Positions 1-9,035 of a DNA stretch of 64,000 bases are shown here, in pieces. Source of the stretch: an uncultured Acidobacteriota bacterium (GTDB taxonomy: Bacteria; Acidobacteriota; Thermoanaerobaculia; Multivoradales; UBA5704). The notes under the pieces were generated by a model, which saw only the letters and a program-made list of their open reading frames with translations, had not been told where the DNA came from and made no database searches. A program made the position numbers and the translations under genes. The stretch is from positions 2,400,001 to 2,464,000 of the forward strand of contig OY969474.1 of the NCBI GenBank assembly GCA_963700145.1. The letters run 5' to 3'. The first letter of the stretch is position 1, and every line of letters begins with the position of its first letter.

Positions 1-382
1 GCCGGGGCCGGCCGTGGCGGCGGAGCTGGCCGCGGTGCAGCAGACGCGACTGGAAGCGGAGCTCAGGGGATTGGATGTCGTTCGGGTGGGAGCGGCGCTC
101 GCCGCCGGCACCGTGATCGTCGAAGACGACCCCGCCTTTCGTCCTTCACCTGGATTGCGGACGGTGCGGGTGCACTCTCTCACCGATCTCGCCGTGCTGC
201 CGCCACTCCTCGCGCCCTGGCGCGGCCTCCTCCAAGGCGTCGCGCTCGCCGGCGACGCCGCCCGGGCGCTCGCCGCCCCTCTCGCAGAGCTCGGGATCTC
301 GCGCTGCGCGGCGCCGGGCGAGCTGCAGTCCCCCGACGCCCTCTGGCACAACGGCGGCGTGCACCCCTTGGACTTGATCTAA
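1..382 (+). CDS. acyl-CoA reductase (LuxC-like), C-terminal part, truncated by window edge
   Basis: C-terminus LQGVALAG...LGISRCAAPGELQSPDALWHNGG resembles the end of LuxC-family proteins; frame appears to enter from upstream. Confidence 0.65.
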   Translation, partial: PGPAVAAELAAVQQTRLEAELRGLDVVRVGAALAAGTVIVEDDPAFRPSPGLRTVRVHSLTDLAVLPPLLAPWRGLLQGVALAGDAARALAAPLAELGISRCAAPGELQSPDALWHNGGVHPLDLI

Positions 383-1203
383 CCCCGCGCGACGATCTTC
401 GCCAGCGCCGCCTCGGGCGTCTTCCACCCTTCGCCGCTGATCCGCCCGACCTCGCGCCCGCCGATGTAGACGATCCCGACCGGCACGCCATGCACGTTCA
501 GGCGCTGCGCCTCCGGGTGCTTGAGGTCGCGCGGCAGGCCGAAGTACTCGATCTGCACCTTCGACCCCTTGAGCTGCTCCTCCACCTTGAGCAGGTGGGG
601 CAGGTACTCCTTGCAGAACGGGCACCAGGAGCCGAAGAAGACGCGCACCTTGACCGGCTTCGCCGCCTTCTTGAGTGCCGCGATCTGCTGCCCGTTCGGC
701 CGGTAGGCCTGGGCGCCGCGGCCGTAGCTCGGCGAGTAGGCGCGCAACGCCGCGGCGTTCTTGGCGCCGAGCAGCGGCGGCTTGGTCTTGAGCTGCGCCT
801 GGCGGCCGTCGACGGTGAAGGCCACGTCCTCGCCCACCACCTTGAACTGTCCCTGCGGCTCGAGCACCGCGTCGGCGAGGAGATCGATCGTGCCGTTCTT
901 CTGTTTGGCCACCTTCATGATGTGAACGGTCTCGACCGACTGCTGCCGCGGCATCAGCATGACCGGCGACGGCAACGACGAGGAGAGCACCAGGATGGCC
1001 GGCACGGCCTCGGCCTGGTAGATCTCGGCGTTGACCGGCTTGCCGCCCACCCAAAGGACGTAGTCGCCCGTCGGCTCGAAGCCGCGCAGCACCGCGTCGG
1101 ACGGGACCTGCGCGGCGGCCGCGCCGGCCACGCAGAGCGACGCGAGGAAGGCGAGGAGGAGCGCCGCGGGGCGGCGGGGAGTCGTCGGGGTCCGGTGGGT
1201 CAT
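379..1203 (-). CDS. secreted thioredoxin-family protein
   Basis: signal peptide (LLLAFLASLCVAGAAAAQ); C-terminal thioredoxin fold with FFGSWCPFC motif. Confidence 0.85.
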   Translation of the reverse strand: MTHRTPTTPRRPAALLLAFLASLCVAGAAAAQVPSDAVLRGFEPTGDYVLWVGGKPVNAEIYQAEAVPAILVLSSSLPSPVMLMPRQQSVETVHIMKVAKQKNGTIDLLADAVLEPQGQFKVVGEDVAFTVDGRQAQLKTKPPLLGAKNAAALRAYSPSYGRGAQAYRPNGQQIAALKKAAKPVKVRVFFGSWCPFCKEYLPHLLKVEEQLKGSKVQIEYFGLPRDLKHPEAQRLNVHGVPVGIVYIGGREVGRISGEGWKTPEAALAKIVARG

Positions 1204-2198
1204 CGTTCGTCGCCTCTCGTCAGGGCGGGGCCGAGCCCCGCGTAGGTCTCGATCACCTTGCCCTGCCGCACGCGGAAGGCGCGCGGCAGGCTGCGGTAGA
1301 GCGGGCGCACCACCGCGGGCGGCGCGTCGCGGATCTGGAAGGCCGGCCCCCAGCGCCAGTAGAAGGCCGTGTGCTTCTCGGGCGGGGCGGCGGAGACGAC
1401 CACCAGCCCCGGCCGCCCGGCCTCGCCGGCGTAGGCGTTCAGCCTCTCGACCGCCTCGCCGAACGCCGGGTCCTCGAGGTCCGCCAGCACCACCAGGTGC
1501 TCGCCCTGGGCGAGCTCCGGCGCCACCGTGTCGAGGCAGACCCGCTCGCCCTCGGCGCCGGCGCAGAGATCGGCGACCTCCACCCCGGGCTTCAGCCGCG
1601 TCGCCAGGTCGTCGAGCGGCAGCGCCGGCGACCGCCAGGCGAAGAGCGCCGCGCCCACCGCGGCGAGCAGGGCCGCCGTGCCGCGGACCGGCGGAAACGT
1701 CCGCCCGCCGCGCGGCCGCCCGACGAAGGCCAGGGCCAGCGCCGGCACCAGGAGCAAGAGGTCCTGCCAGAACGCCTCGGCCGGCGTGCGCTGCACCAGG
1801 TTGCCGAAGCAGCCGCAGGCGGCGGCCTCCGGCGGCGCGATGCCGCGCACGTCCATCCAGTACGCCCTGCCGGTGAGGAACAGGAAGAAGGCGACCAGAA
1901 TTGCCGCCGGCACCAGCACCCAGAGGCGGCGGACGCCGAGGAGGAGTGCCAGACCGAGCCCCACCTCGAGCGCGATGGCGGCCAGGGCGAGCGGCCCCGC
2001 CGCAACGAAGCGATCCAGCCCTTCGAGGCGGATCTGCTCGGCGAAGGCGGCCGGGTCGAGCGCCTTGGCCCAGGCGGCGAAGAGGAGCACGGCGCCGAGG
2101 ACGACGCCCGCCGCGGTGCCGATCCAGCGCGCCCGGCCGGGCGCGCGCGTCGCCGCCAGGCTGGGCGGTGCGGCCGCGGTCATGGAGGAGCCGTTCAT
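1200..2198 (-). CDS. MauE/DoxX-family membrane protein with C-terminal soluble domain
   Basis: several TM helices, AWAKALDP..F and CGCFG motifs; overlaps the thioredoxin start (ATGA). Confidence 0.8.
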   Translation of the reverse strand: MNGSSMTAAAPPSLAATRAPGRARWIGTAAGVVLGAVLLFAAWAKALDPAAFAEQIRLEGLDRFVAAGPLALAAIALEVGLGLALLLGVRRLWVLVPAAILVAFFLFLTGRAYWMDVRGIAPPEAAACGCFGNLVQRTPAEAFWQDLLLLVPALALAFVGRPRGGRTFPPVRGTAALLAAVGAALFAWRSPALPLDDLATRLKPGVEVADLCAGAEGERVCLDTVAPELAQGEHLVVLADLEDPAFGEAVERLNAYAGEAGRPGLVVVSAAPPEKHTAFYWRWGPAFQIRDAPPAVVRPLYRSLPRAFRVRQGKVIETYAGLGPALTRGDER

Positions 2199-3145
2199 CG
2201 AACGCCGATCCTACCCGGACCGCCCGCCGGCCGCGCCTGCAGCACCGTCGTCCCCGCCAGCCGGTCGTGGAGCGCCCGCCGCCCGGGGCCGAGCGCCATC
2301 CAGAAGCCGGCGCCGAGCGGCAGCGCCGAGAGCGCGTAGCCGGCGAGGCGGAGGAGGGCGCGGCCGACCGAGAGGCCGGCGCGGCCGTCCGGGCCGTGCA
2401 CGGTCAGGCCGAGGAGGCGCTTGCCCGGCGTCGTCCCCCAGAGGCACCAGCCGGCGAGCGGCACGAAGAGGGCGAGGAGGCCGCCCAAGACCCAGGTCAG
2501 CAGCCGGCCGCGCGGCGTGAACGGGCCGCCCAGCGGCAGGGCGAGGACCGCCGCCCCGAGGGCCACCGCCACGGCGTCGAGCACGAAGGCACCCGCTCGC
2601 GCCCAGAACTCGGCGGGCACCAGCTCCACTGGCACGGCGGGCGCCGGGGTCGGCGGTGCGGCTGCCGGCGTGGGCACCGGCGCGGCGGCCGCCGGCGTCC
2701 TGTCGAGAGCCGGTACGCGCCAGGGCGCCGGCGAAGCGATCCCCGGCGGCGAGGTCAGGTCGCCGGAGGTCGAGGAGGAGGCGGCCAGCTCTTCGGGCGC
2801 AGGGGCGGGCACGATCCGCGACGGCCGGCGGCCGTCGTCGCGGGCGAAGCGGAGGAAGGCCTGCGTCTCCCCTACCGTCAGCCGGTCGCCCTCGGCCATC
2901 GGCGTCTCGGCCTCGACGCGCTCGCCGTTGAGATAGGTGCCGTTGCTCGAGCGCAGGTCCTGGACGGTCACCCGGTCGCCGCGCACCCAGACCAGCGCGT
3001 GGCCGCGCGACACCGCCGGGTCCTTGACCACGACGCCGCAGCCGCGGCTGCGGCCGAGGGTCGTCTCCCCCTCGCGCAGCTCCACCCGCCGACCCTGGAT
3101 CTCCAGCACCCAGGCGCCGCGGCCGGCGCGGCTGCCGCCGGTCAC
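2195..3145 (-). CDS. FHA domain + RDD family membrane protein
   Basis: FHA motifs LGRS, VSRGHA, DLRSSNGTYLNG; Pro/Ala linker; RDD motifs RAGAFVLD, TPGKRLLGL, LHDRLAGT; GTG start overlaps the uvrA stop (GTGA). Confidence 0.85.
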   Translation of the reverse strand: MTGGSRAGRGAWVLEIQGRRVELREGETTLGRSRGCGVVVKDPAVSRGHALVWVRGDRVTVQDLRSSNGTYLNGERVEAETPMAEGDRLTVGETQAFLRFARDDGRRPSRIVPAPAPEELAASSSTSGDLTSPPGIASPAPWRVPALDRTPAAAAPVPTPAAAPPTPAPAVPVELVPAEFWARAGAFVLDAVAVALGAAVLALPLGGPFTPRGRLLTWVLGGLLALFVPLAGWCLWGTTPGKRLLGLTVHGPDGRAGLSVGRALLRLAGYALSALPLGAGFWMALGPGRRALHDRLAGTTVLQARPAGGPGRIGVR

Positions 3146-6033
3146 GAGGCGGCGCCGGCGGCCAGCTCCTCCATCTCCAGCTCCTCCGCCGCCGGCCAGC
3201 GGAGGTGGCGGCGGAGCTCGCGGGCGGTGGGGCTGTCCGCCTGCTCCAGGAAGGGCTCGAGCGGGCCGGAGTAGAGGAGCTTGCCGCCGTGGGCGCCGCC
3301 CCCCGGCCCGAGATCGACGATCCAGTCGGCGCGGGCGATCAGGTCCGGGCTGTGCTCGACGACGACGACCCCGTCGCCGCGCTGCACCAGGCGGCGCAGC
3401 GTCTGGTAGAGCAGGTCGATGTCGGCGAGGTGCAGGCCGGTCGTCGGCTCGTCGAAGAGGAAGAGCCGCCGCCCTTCCCCCTTCGGCCGGTCGAGGAAGC
3501 TCGCCAGCTTGAGTCGCTGCGCTTCGCCGCCGGAGAGGGTCGAGGTGGGCTGCCCCAGCCGCAGGTAGCCGAGCCCGACGTCGGCGAGGAGGCTCAGCCG
3601 GCGGCGCAGGCGGCGCTGGTCGGCGAAGGCGACGATGGCCGTCTCGACGGTCAGGTCGAGGGTCTCGGCGATGGTGCGGCCGCGGAAGCGCACCGCCAGG
3701 ACCTCGGGGCGGAAGCGGCGCCCCTGGCACTGGTCGCAGGGCACCGTCACCGGCGCCATGAACTGCATGTCCACCTCGGTGACGCCGGTGCCCTGGCACC
3801 CCGGGCAGCGGCCGCGGTCGAGGTTGAAGGAGAAGTGCGCGGCGGTGATGCCGCGGGCGCGGGCGTCGGGCAGGCCGGCGTAGAGCTTGCGCAGCTCGTC
3901 GTAGGCTTTGATGTAGGTGATCGGGTTGGAGCGGCTGGAGCGGCCGAGCGGCCGCTGGTCGACGAGCGTCACGTCGGCCAGCTCGTCGAGGCCGAGGAGG
4001 GCGTCGCAGTCGCCGGGGTCCACGTCCACGACGCCGCGCGCCCGGTGGTAGGTGCCGTAGAGGACGTTCTCGACCAGCGTCGACTTGCCCGAGCCGGAGA
4101 CGCCGGTCACCGCCACCAGCGCGCCGAGCGGGAACTCGACGTCGATGCCGCGCAGGTTGTGGGCGCGGGCGCCGCGCACCGCCACCCGCGGCAGGCCGGA
4201 GAGCTCCTCGACCAGCGACTCCCAGCCGTTCTCGCGCCGGAAGCGGGCCATGTGCCGGCGCGCCGGCGTCGGCGGGCGCTCCTTGAGATACCGTCCGGTG
4301 AGCGAGCGCTCGCAGGCGAGGATCGTCGCCAGCGGCCCCTCGGCCACTACCTCGCCGCCGCGCTCCCCGGCCAGCGGCCCGAGGTCGATGACGTGGTCGG
4401 CGCCGCGGATGAGCGTGCGGTCGTGCTCGACGACCAGCACCGTGTTGCCGCGCGCCGCGAGGTCGCGCAGGAGATGCAGGAGCCGCTCGCTGTCCTGGGC
4501 GTGAAGGCCGATCGTCGGCTCGTCGAGGACGTAGAGGGTGCTGGTGAGGCCGCCGCCGAGCGCCGCGGCGAGGTGGATGCGCTGGGTCTCGCCGCCCGAG
4601 AGCGTCCGCGCCTGGCGGTCGAGGGTGAGGTAGTCGAGGCCGACGCGGTGCAGCACCTCGACGCGCTCCGAAAGCTCGTCGAGGAGGTGGCCGGCGACCT
4701 CGCGCTCGCGCGGCGTCCAGCGCACCGTGCGCAGCCAGACGCGCAGGTCCTCGACCGAAAGGGCGGCGAGCTCGGGCAGCGTCCGGCCCTTGAGGCGCAC
4801 CGCCGTCGCCTCGGCCTTCAAGCGCGTGCCGCCGCACCCCGGGCACTGGGTGTAGGAGCGGTAGCGCGCCAGCAGCACGCGCACGTGGACCTTGTAAGTG
4901 CGGTTCTCCAACCACTGGAAGAAGCCGGTCAGGTTGACGAACTTGCCGGCGCCGCTCCACACCCACTCCCGCGTCGCGGCCGGCAGGTCGGCCCAGGGGA
5001 CGTCGAGCGGCACCCGCTTGCGCCGGCAGGCGGCGTAGAGCTCGTCGTACAGCTCCTCGTAAGCCGGCGTGTTCCAGGGGGCGATCGGGCGCTCGCGCAG
5101 CGTGCGGCGCGGATCGGGGACGACGCGCTCGCGGTCGATGCCGATGACCCGCCCGAACCCCTGGCAGACCGTGCAGGCGCCGAGCGGCGAGTTGAAGGAG
5201 AAGAGCGCGGGGGTGGGGCGGCGGAGCGGCTCGCCGCAGACGCCGCAGGCGAGCTCGCGGGCGTAGAGCCGGACGCCCAGGGGCCCACGCGCCTCCGCCC
5301 GTCCGCCGGCCATGCGGTAGGCCTCCTCCAGCGTCGCCGCCAGGCGGGCCGAGGCGTCCTCGCCACCTGAGGGCCCGCCCTGCGGGCCCGATCCGATCAT
5401 TCCGGCGCGGAAGCGGCCGAGGACCAGCGGCAGCGGATCGAGCTTGGCGGGCCAGGGCTCCCCCGGCTCCATACGCTGCGCCTCGTCGCCGTCGAGGCGC
5501 CGCGCGAACCCCTGCCGGATCAGCTCGGCGAGCGCGGCGTCGGCCTGCCGGCGCGGGCGCGGCAGGCGCACCACGACGAGGAAGGGGTCGCCGACGGCGC
5601 CGGCGGCGAGCTCGGCCGCGGCTTCCTCGACGGTGACGGCGCGCGCCGGGCCGTGCCCGTGCGGGCAGACGACCTCCCCCAGGTGGGTGAAGAGGAGGCG
5701 GAGGACGTCCTGCGTCTCGGTGATCGTGCCCACCGTCGAGCGGGCGTTGCGCACCGCGTTGCGCGCCTCCAGCGCCACCGCCGGCAGCACGTTGTCGATG
5801 GCATCGACCGGCGGCCGCTCCATCTGGTCGAGGAACTGCCGCGCGTAGGTGGACATCGACTCGACGAACCGCCGCTGCCCCTCGGCGAAGACGGTGTCGA
5901 AGGCGAGCGAGGACTTGCCGGCGCCGGAGGGTCCGGTGACGACGGTCACCGCGCGGTGCGGGATGCGGCAGTCGATCCCTTTGAGGTTGTGCGTGCGGGC
6001 GCGGCGGACCAGGATGGCGGGGCTCTGCGGCAT
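3142..6033 (-). CDS. uvrA: excinuclease ABC subunit A (UvrA family, possibly a second/class II copy)
   Basis: ARTHNLK, two Walker A motifs ([18 protein letters not shown]), LSGGE signatures, DEPT motifs, CxxC zinc fingers. Confidence 0.92.
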   Translation of the reverse strand: MPQSPAILVRRARTHNLKGIDCRIPHRAVTVVTGPSGAGKSSLAFDTVFAEGQRRFVESMSTYARQFLDQMERPPVDAIDNVLPAVALEARNAVRNARSTVGTITETQDVLRLLFTHLGEVVCPHGHGPARAVTVEEAAAELAAGAVGDPFLVVVRLPRPRRQADAALAELIRQGFARRLDGDEAQRMEPGEPWPAKLDPLPLVLGRFRAGMIGSGPQGGPSGGEDASARLAATLEEAYRMAGGRAEARGPLGVRLYARELACGVCGEPLRRPTPALFSFNSPLGACTVCQGFGRVIGIDRERVVPDPRRTLRERPIAPWNTPAYEELYDELYAACRRKRVPLDVPWADLPAATREWVWSGAGKFVNLTGFFQWLENRTYKVHVRVLLARYRSYTQCPGCGGTRLKAEATAVRLKGRTLPELAALSVEDLRVWLRTVRWTPREREVAGHLLDELSERVEVLHRVGLDYLTLDRQARTLSGGETQRIHLAAALGGGLTSTLYVLDEPTIGLHAQDSERLLHLLRDLAARGNTVLVVEHDRTLIRGADHVIDLGPLAGERGGEVVAEGPLATILACERSLTGRYLKERPPTPARRHMARFRRENGWESLVEELSGLPRVAVRGARAHNLRGIDVEFPLGALVAVTGVSGSGKSTLVENVLYGTYHRARGVVDVDPGDCDALLGLDELADVTLVDQRPLGRSSRSNPITYIKAYDELRKLYAGLPDARARGITAAHFSFNLDRGRCPGCQGTGVTEVDMQFMAPVTVPCDQCQGRRFRPEVLAVRFRGRTIAETLDLTVETAIVAFADQRRLRRRLSLLADVGLGYLRLGQPTSTLSGGEAQRLKLASFLDRPKGEGRRLFLFDEPTTGLHLADIDLLYQTLRRLVQRGDGVVVVEHSPDLIARADWIVDLGPGGGAHGGKLLYSGPLEPFLEQADSPTARELRRHLRWPAAEELEMEELAAGAAS

Positions 6034-6155
6034 CTTCGGCGGCCCCGCCCCGGACGCGCCAGCCAAGGGTTCAACCTGCGGCCGGCGGCGGCGGGGCGAA
6101 GCACGCCATCATACAGCCGTTCCCGCCCCGCGCAGTGCCGCCGGGAGGGTGCGGG

Positions 6156-6854
6156 CTAGAAGCGCGAGCTGGCGCCGCGAGCGTCGCGCACGACCTCGAT
6201 CTGCTCGGCCAGCAGGCGGCTGCCGAGGTCGCGCACCTCGACCTCCACCTCGTCGCCGCGCTCGAGGTTCTCGGGCTCGTAGTTGCGGCCCTCGAAGCGC
6301 ACCACGGTGTCGGCGTCGTAGTGGACGACGAGGCGGCCGCTGCGCACGTCGGACTCGAAGCTGCGCTCGGCGTCGACGTTCTCGAGCTCGATCGTGCGGT
6401 CGCCGGTGTCGACGTAGCGGACGAGCCCGCGCAGGTCGGCGTAGCTGCTGCCGGTCGAGCTGCCGGTGCCGGTGCCGCGGCTGATGTCGGAGAGCACCTC
6501 GATCTGGTTGGCGACGAGGCGGCTGCCGCTGCGCTCGACGTCGGCGGCGATGCGGTCGCCGCGCTCGAGGTCGCCGGGCTCGTAAGTGCGCCCCTCGAAC
6601 TCGACGCGCGTCTGGTCGTCGTAGTAGAGCGCCACCTGGTCGTCCTCGTTGCGCAGCTCGGAGCGGTAGTCCTCGGCCTCCAGCCAGATGATCCGGGAGC
6701 CGGTGTCGACGCGCTCCACGGTGCCGCGCACGTCGTCGAGCTGGCTGGGCGAGCTGCCGCCGCCCAGGATGTCGCCGATGTCGGTCGAGCCGCAGCCGGC
6801 GACGGCCAGGAAGAGGCAAACGATTGAAAGGAGGAAGCTTCGGGTCGTTCTCAT
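6156..6854 (-). CDS. lipoprotein with two DUF5666-like OB-fold repeats
   Basis: lipobox AVAGC; two repeats containing YD..T.V.FEGR.YEP..LERGD. Confidence 0.7.
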   Translation of the reverse strand: MRTTRSFLLSIVCLFLAVAGCGSTDIGDILGGGSSPSQLDDVRGTVERVDTGSRIIWLEAEDYRSELRNEDDQVALYYDDQTRVEFEGRTYEPGDLERGDRIAADVERSGSRLVANQIEVLSDISRGTGTGSSTGSSYADLRGLVRYVDTGDRTIELENVDAERSFESDVRSGRLVVHYDADTVVRFEGRNYEPENLERGDEVEVEVRDLGSRLLAEQIEVVRDARGASSRF

Positions 6855-6991
6855 GGTGTTGGCTCCTGGTTGTGGAGACCCGTCGGGCGTCTCGGAGAGG
6901 TAGATAGAGCAGGAGCCGTGCCAGATGCGGCCGCTCGGCGGCCGGGCGGCGGCCGGAGCGGGCGACGGCAGCCCGCTCCGGCCTGGGGCGA

Positions 6992-7573
6992 TCAGTGGTT
7001 GCACCCCCGGTGGTGGCGATGGCCGCGGCCGCGCTTGCCGCGGTGCTTGCCGCCGTGACGGTCGTCGTCGCGGTCGTAGCGGCCGCGGCGGTCGCGGCGG
7101 TCGTAGCGGTCGTCATAGCGGTCGCGGCCGTAGCGGTCGTCGCGGCCGCGACGGTCGTACCGGTCGTCGTAGCGACCGTACCGATCGTCGTGGCGGCCGT
7201 CCCGGCCGTAGCCGTCGTAGCCGGCGAAGCGGGGCGCGTAGCGGTCGAACGCCCAGTAGGGGTCCACGTCGTAGTTGCGGAAGTGGGCGCCGACGAGCGG
7301 GCAGGACTCGTGGTGGTAGTAGCGCCCGCCGTCGTGGAAGCAGGAGCGGCTACACTGGTGGCCGCGGTAGCGGATCGGCCGGTCGTAGCGGTAGTAGTAG
7401 GCGGGTTGGTAGGCGAAGCTCGGTCTGCCGAAGACGAACGAGATGTGCGCGGCGCCGACCCGGAAGGCGGCGCCGACCGCGAGCCAATCGTGGTAGGCCC
7501 GCGCCTCGGGGACGAGACCTGGAGCGAACAGCGTCGCCCCGACCAGGACTCCGGCCACTAGCAACTTGCGCAT
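6992..7573 (-). CDS. secreted Tyr/Arg/Asp-rich hypothetical protein
   Basis: AGGAGG RBS before ATG 7573; signal peptide; C-terminal RYDD-type low-complexity repeats. Confidence 0.7.
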   Translation of the reverse strand: MRKLLVAGVLVGATLFAPGLVPEARAYHDWLAVGAAFRVGAAHISFVFGRPSFAYQPAYYYRYDRPIRYRGHQCSRSCFHDGGRYYHHESCPLVGAHFRNYDVDPYWAFDRYAPRFAGYDGYGRDGRHDDRYGRYDDRYDRRGRDDRYGRDRYDDRYDRRDRRGRYDRDDDRHGGKHRGKRGRGHRHHRGCNH

Positions 7574-7733
7574 CGCTGTGAAACCTCCTTTGTCGGCCGG
7601 CAAGGATCACGAAATGTGCCAGCGGGACGGGAGGGCGGCCGCCGAGGGGCAGGCGGCGCGGCGAGGCCGGTGCGCGTCCACGGCCGTGGACGAGGGAGCA
7701 GCCTCGAGGGGTCGCGCGCGGTAGGCTTCGGCC

Positions 7734-8111
7734 GTGGAGGACAAGGACCTGGGAAGGGCGCTGGAGGTGCTGCGGATCGCCCGCGGCTGGACGCAGGACG
7801 AGCTGAGCCGCGCGGCGGAGATGCGCGGCAGCTCGATCTCAAGGTACGAGAGCGGCAAGGAGCTGCCGGACGCCGGCGCCGTGCGGCGGCTCGTCGCCGC
7901 GATGGGCTTCGCGCCCGACGCCGTGGAGCGGACGCGGCGGTTCCTGGCCGGATTGCGCGGGGAGAAAGAGGCGGCGCCAGAAGGCGGAGTGCCTGTGCCC
8001 GAAGCGCCTGCGGCGCGGCCAGACGAGGCGGAACGGCTCGAAGCGGAGATCGACGGCGTCGTCTCCGACCTCGGCCGGGTCCTCCGCGAGCTCGCGCGCC
8101 GCTCCGTTTAG
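7734..8111 (+). CDS. XRE-family helix-turn-helix regulator
   Basis: LRIARGWTQDELSRAAEMRGSSISRYESGKELP is a canonical HTH_3 pattern. Confidence 0.85.
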   Translation: MEDKDLGRALEVLRIARGWTQDELSRAAEMRGSSISRYESGKELPDAGAVRRLVAAMGFAPDAVERTRRFLAGLRGEKEAAPEGGVPVPEAPAARPDEAERLEAEIDGVVSDLGRVLRELARRSV

Positions 8112-8116
8112 CTCCC

Positions 8117-8476
8117 GGACGCGCCGGGACCGTCCCGGGCGCCCCGTTTCCGTTGTGGGCGCCCGATTTCCCTCGCGGGCGTCCCGTTTCCTTCGTGGGC
8201 GCCCAAGATCCATCGCGGGCGGCCGATTTCCGTCGCGGGCGCCCCATTTCCCTTCCGGGCGCCCCATCTTCGTCGCGGGCGCCGGATTTCCGTCCCGGGC
8301 GCCCCGTTTTCATCACGGGCGGTCAATTCTCCTCCCGGACGCCCGATCTCCGTGGTCGCCCGCCGATCTTCGTCGCGGGCGCTCCGTGAGCGTGCCGGGC
8401 GCTCCGTCGCCGTCGCCGGCGCGCCGCGACGGTCGCGGGCGCCCCGGGATCCTCCCGGAAGCGCGGCGACCGTCAC
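8117..8476. repeat. degenerate tandem array with 20-bp period (~18 units, core GGGCGCCC)
   Basis: GGGC(G) recurs at 8137, 8157, 8177 ... 8317, 8377, 8397, 8437; e.g. gggcgccccgtttccgttgt / gggcgcccgatttccctcgc / gggcgtcccgtttccttcgt. Confidence 0.9.
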
Positions 8477-8486
8477 GGCCGCTCCG

Positions 8487-9035
8487 TCAGCCCACCCGCT
8501 CCGAGAAGGGCGGGTAGCGCACGACGAGGTCCGCGTCGTCGACCTCGATCTCGGTCGCGAAGCCGGTGTCGCTCTCGTAGCGGAGGCGGCGGGCGTCGAG
8601 CCGGGTGTAGGTCTGCGCGAGGAGCTTGAACTCGAGGCTCGGAAAGAGGACCCAGGCGGCGTTGACGTCGCGGCTTTCGCCGGGGGCGAGCGGGAGGCGG
8701 CGGAGCGGCAGGGTGTTGGTGGCCGGGGTGAGGCTGAGGTCCACGTCGAGGCAGCCGGCGACCGCCGGCAGCTCCTCGGCGCCCGCCCGCCAGCGCCCCT
8801 CGCCGTCGGCGTCGAGCTCCAGCTGCCGCGCCTCCCCGCCGTGCGCCATGAGGACCCGCACCCGCCGCGTCCGCCAATCGGCGGCGCACTCGATCTCGTA
8901 CTCGACGTGCAGCGGCGCCCCCTCGTGCGCCAGGAGGATGGTGCCGGCGAGCCGCGGTCCGTCCGGTCCCTCGACCAGCCGGAAGTGCTCCAGCCCGGGG
9001 ACGTCCAGCCGCCGCCAGAGGAGCGAAACGCTCAG
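8487..9035 (-). CDS. putative glycolipid-binding domain protein
   Basis: LLWRRLDVPGLEH...CLDVDLSLTPATNTLPLRRL...QTYTRL...YES pattern; start codon uncertain (CTG overlapping the upstream TGA). Confidence 0.75.
   Translation of the reverse strand: MSVSLLWRRLDVPGLEHFRLVEGPDGPRLAGTILLAHEGAPLHVEYEIECAADWRTRRVRVLMAHGGEARQLELDADGEGRWRAGAEELPAVAGCLDVDLSLTPATNTLPLRRLPLAPGESRDVNAAWVLFPSLEFKLLAQTYTRLDARRLRYESDTGFATEIEVDDADLVVRYPPFSERVG

Noticed and set aside
1-382. Bioluminescence (lux) operon
   Set aside because: Only a LuxC-like tail is visible; such reductases are common outside luminous bacteria and no luxAB is seen
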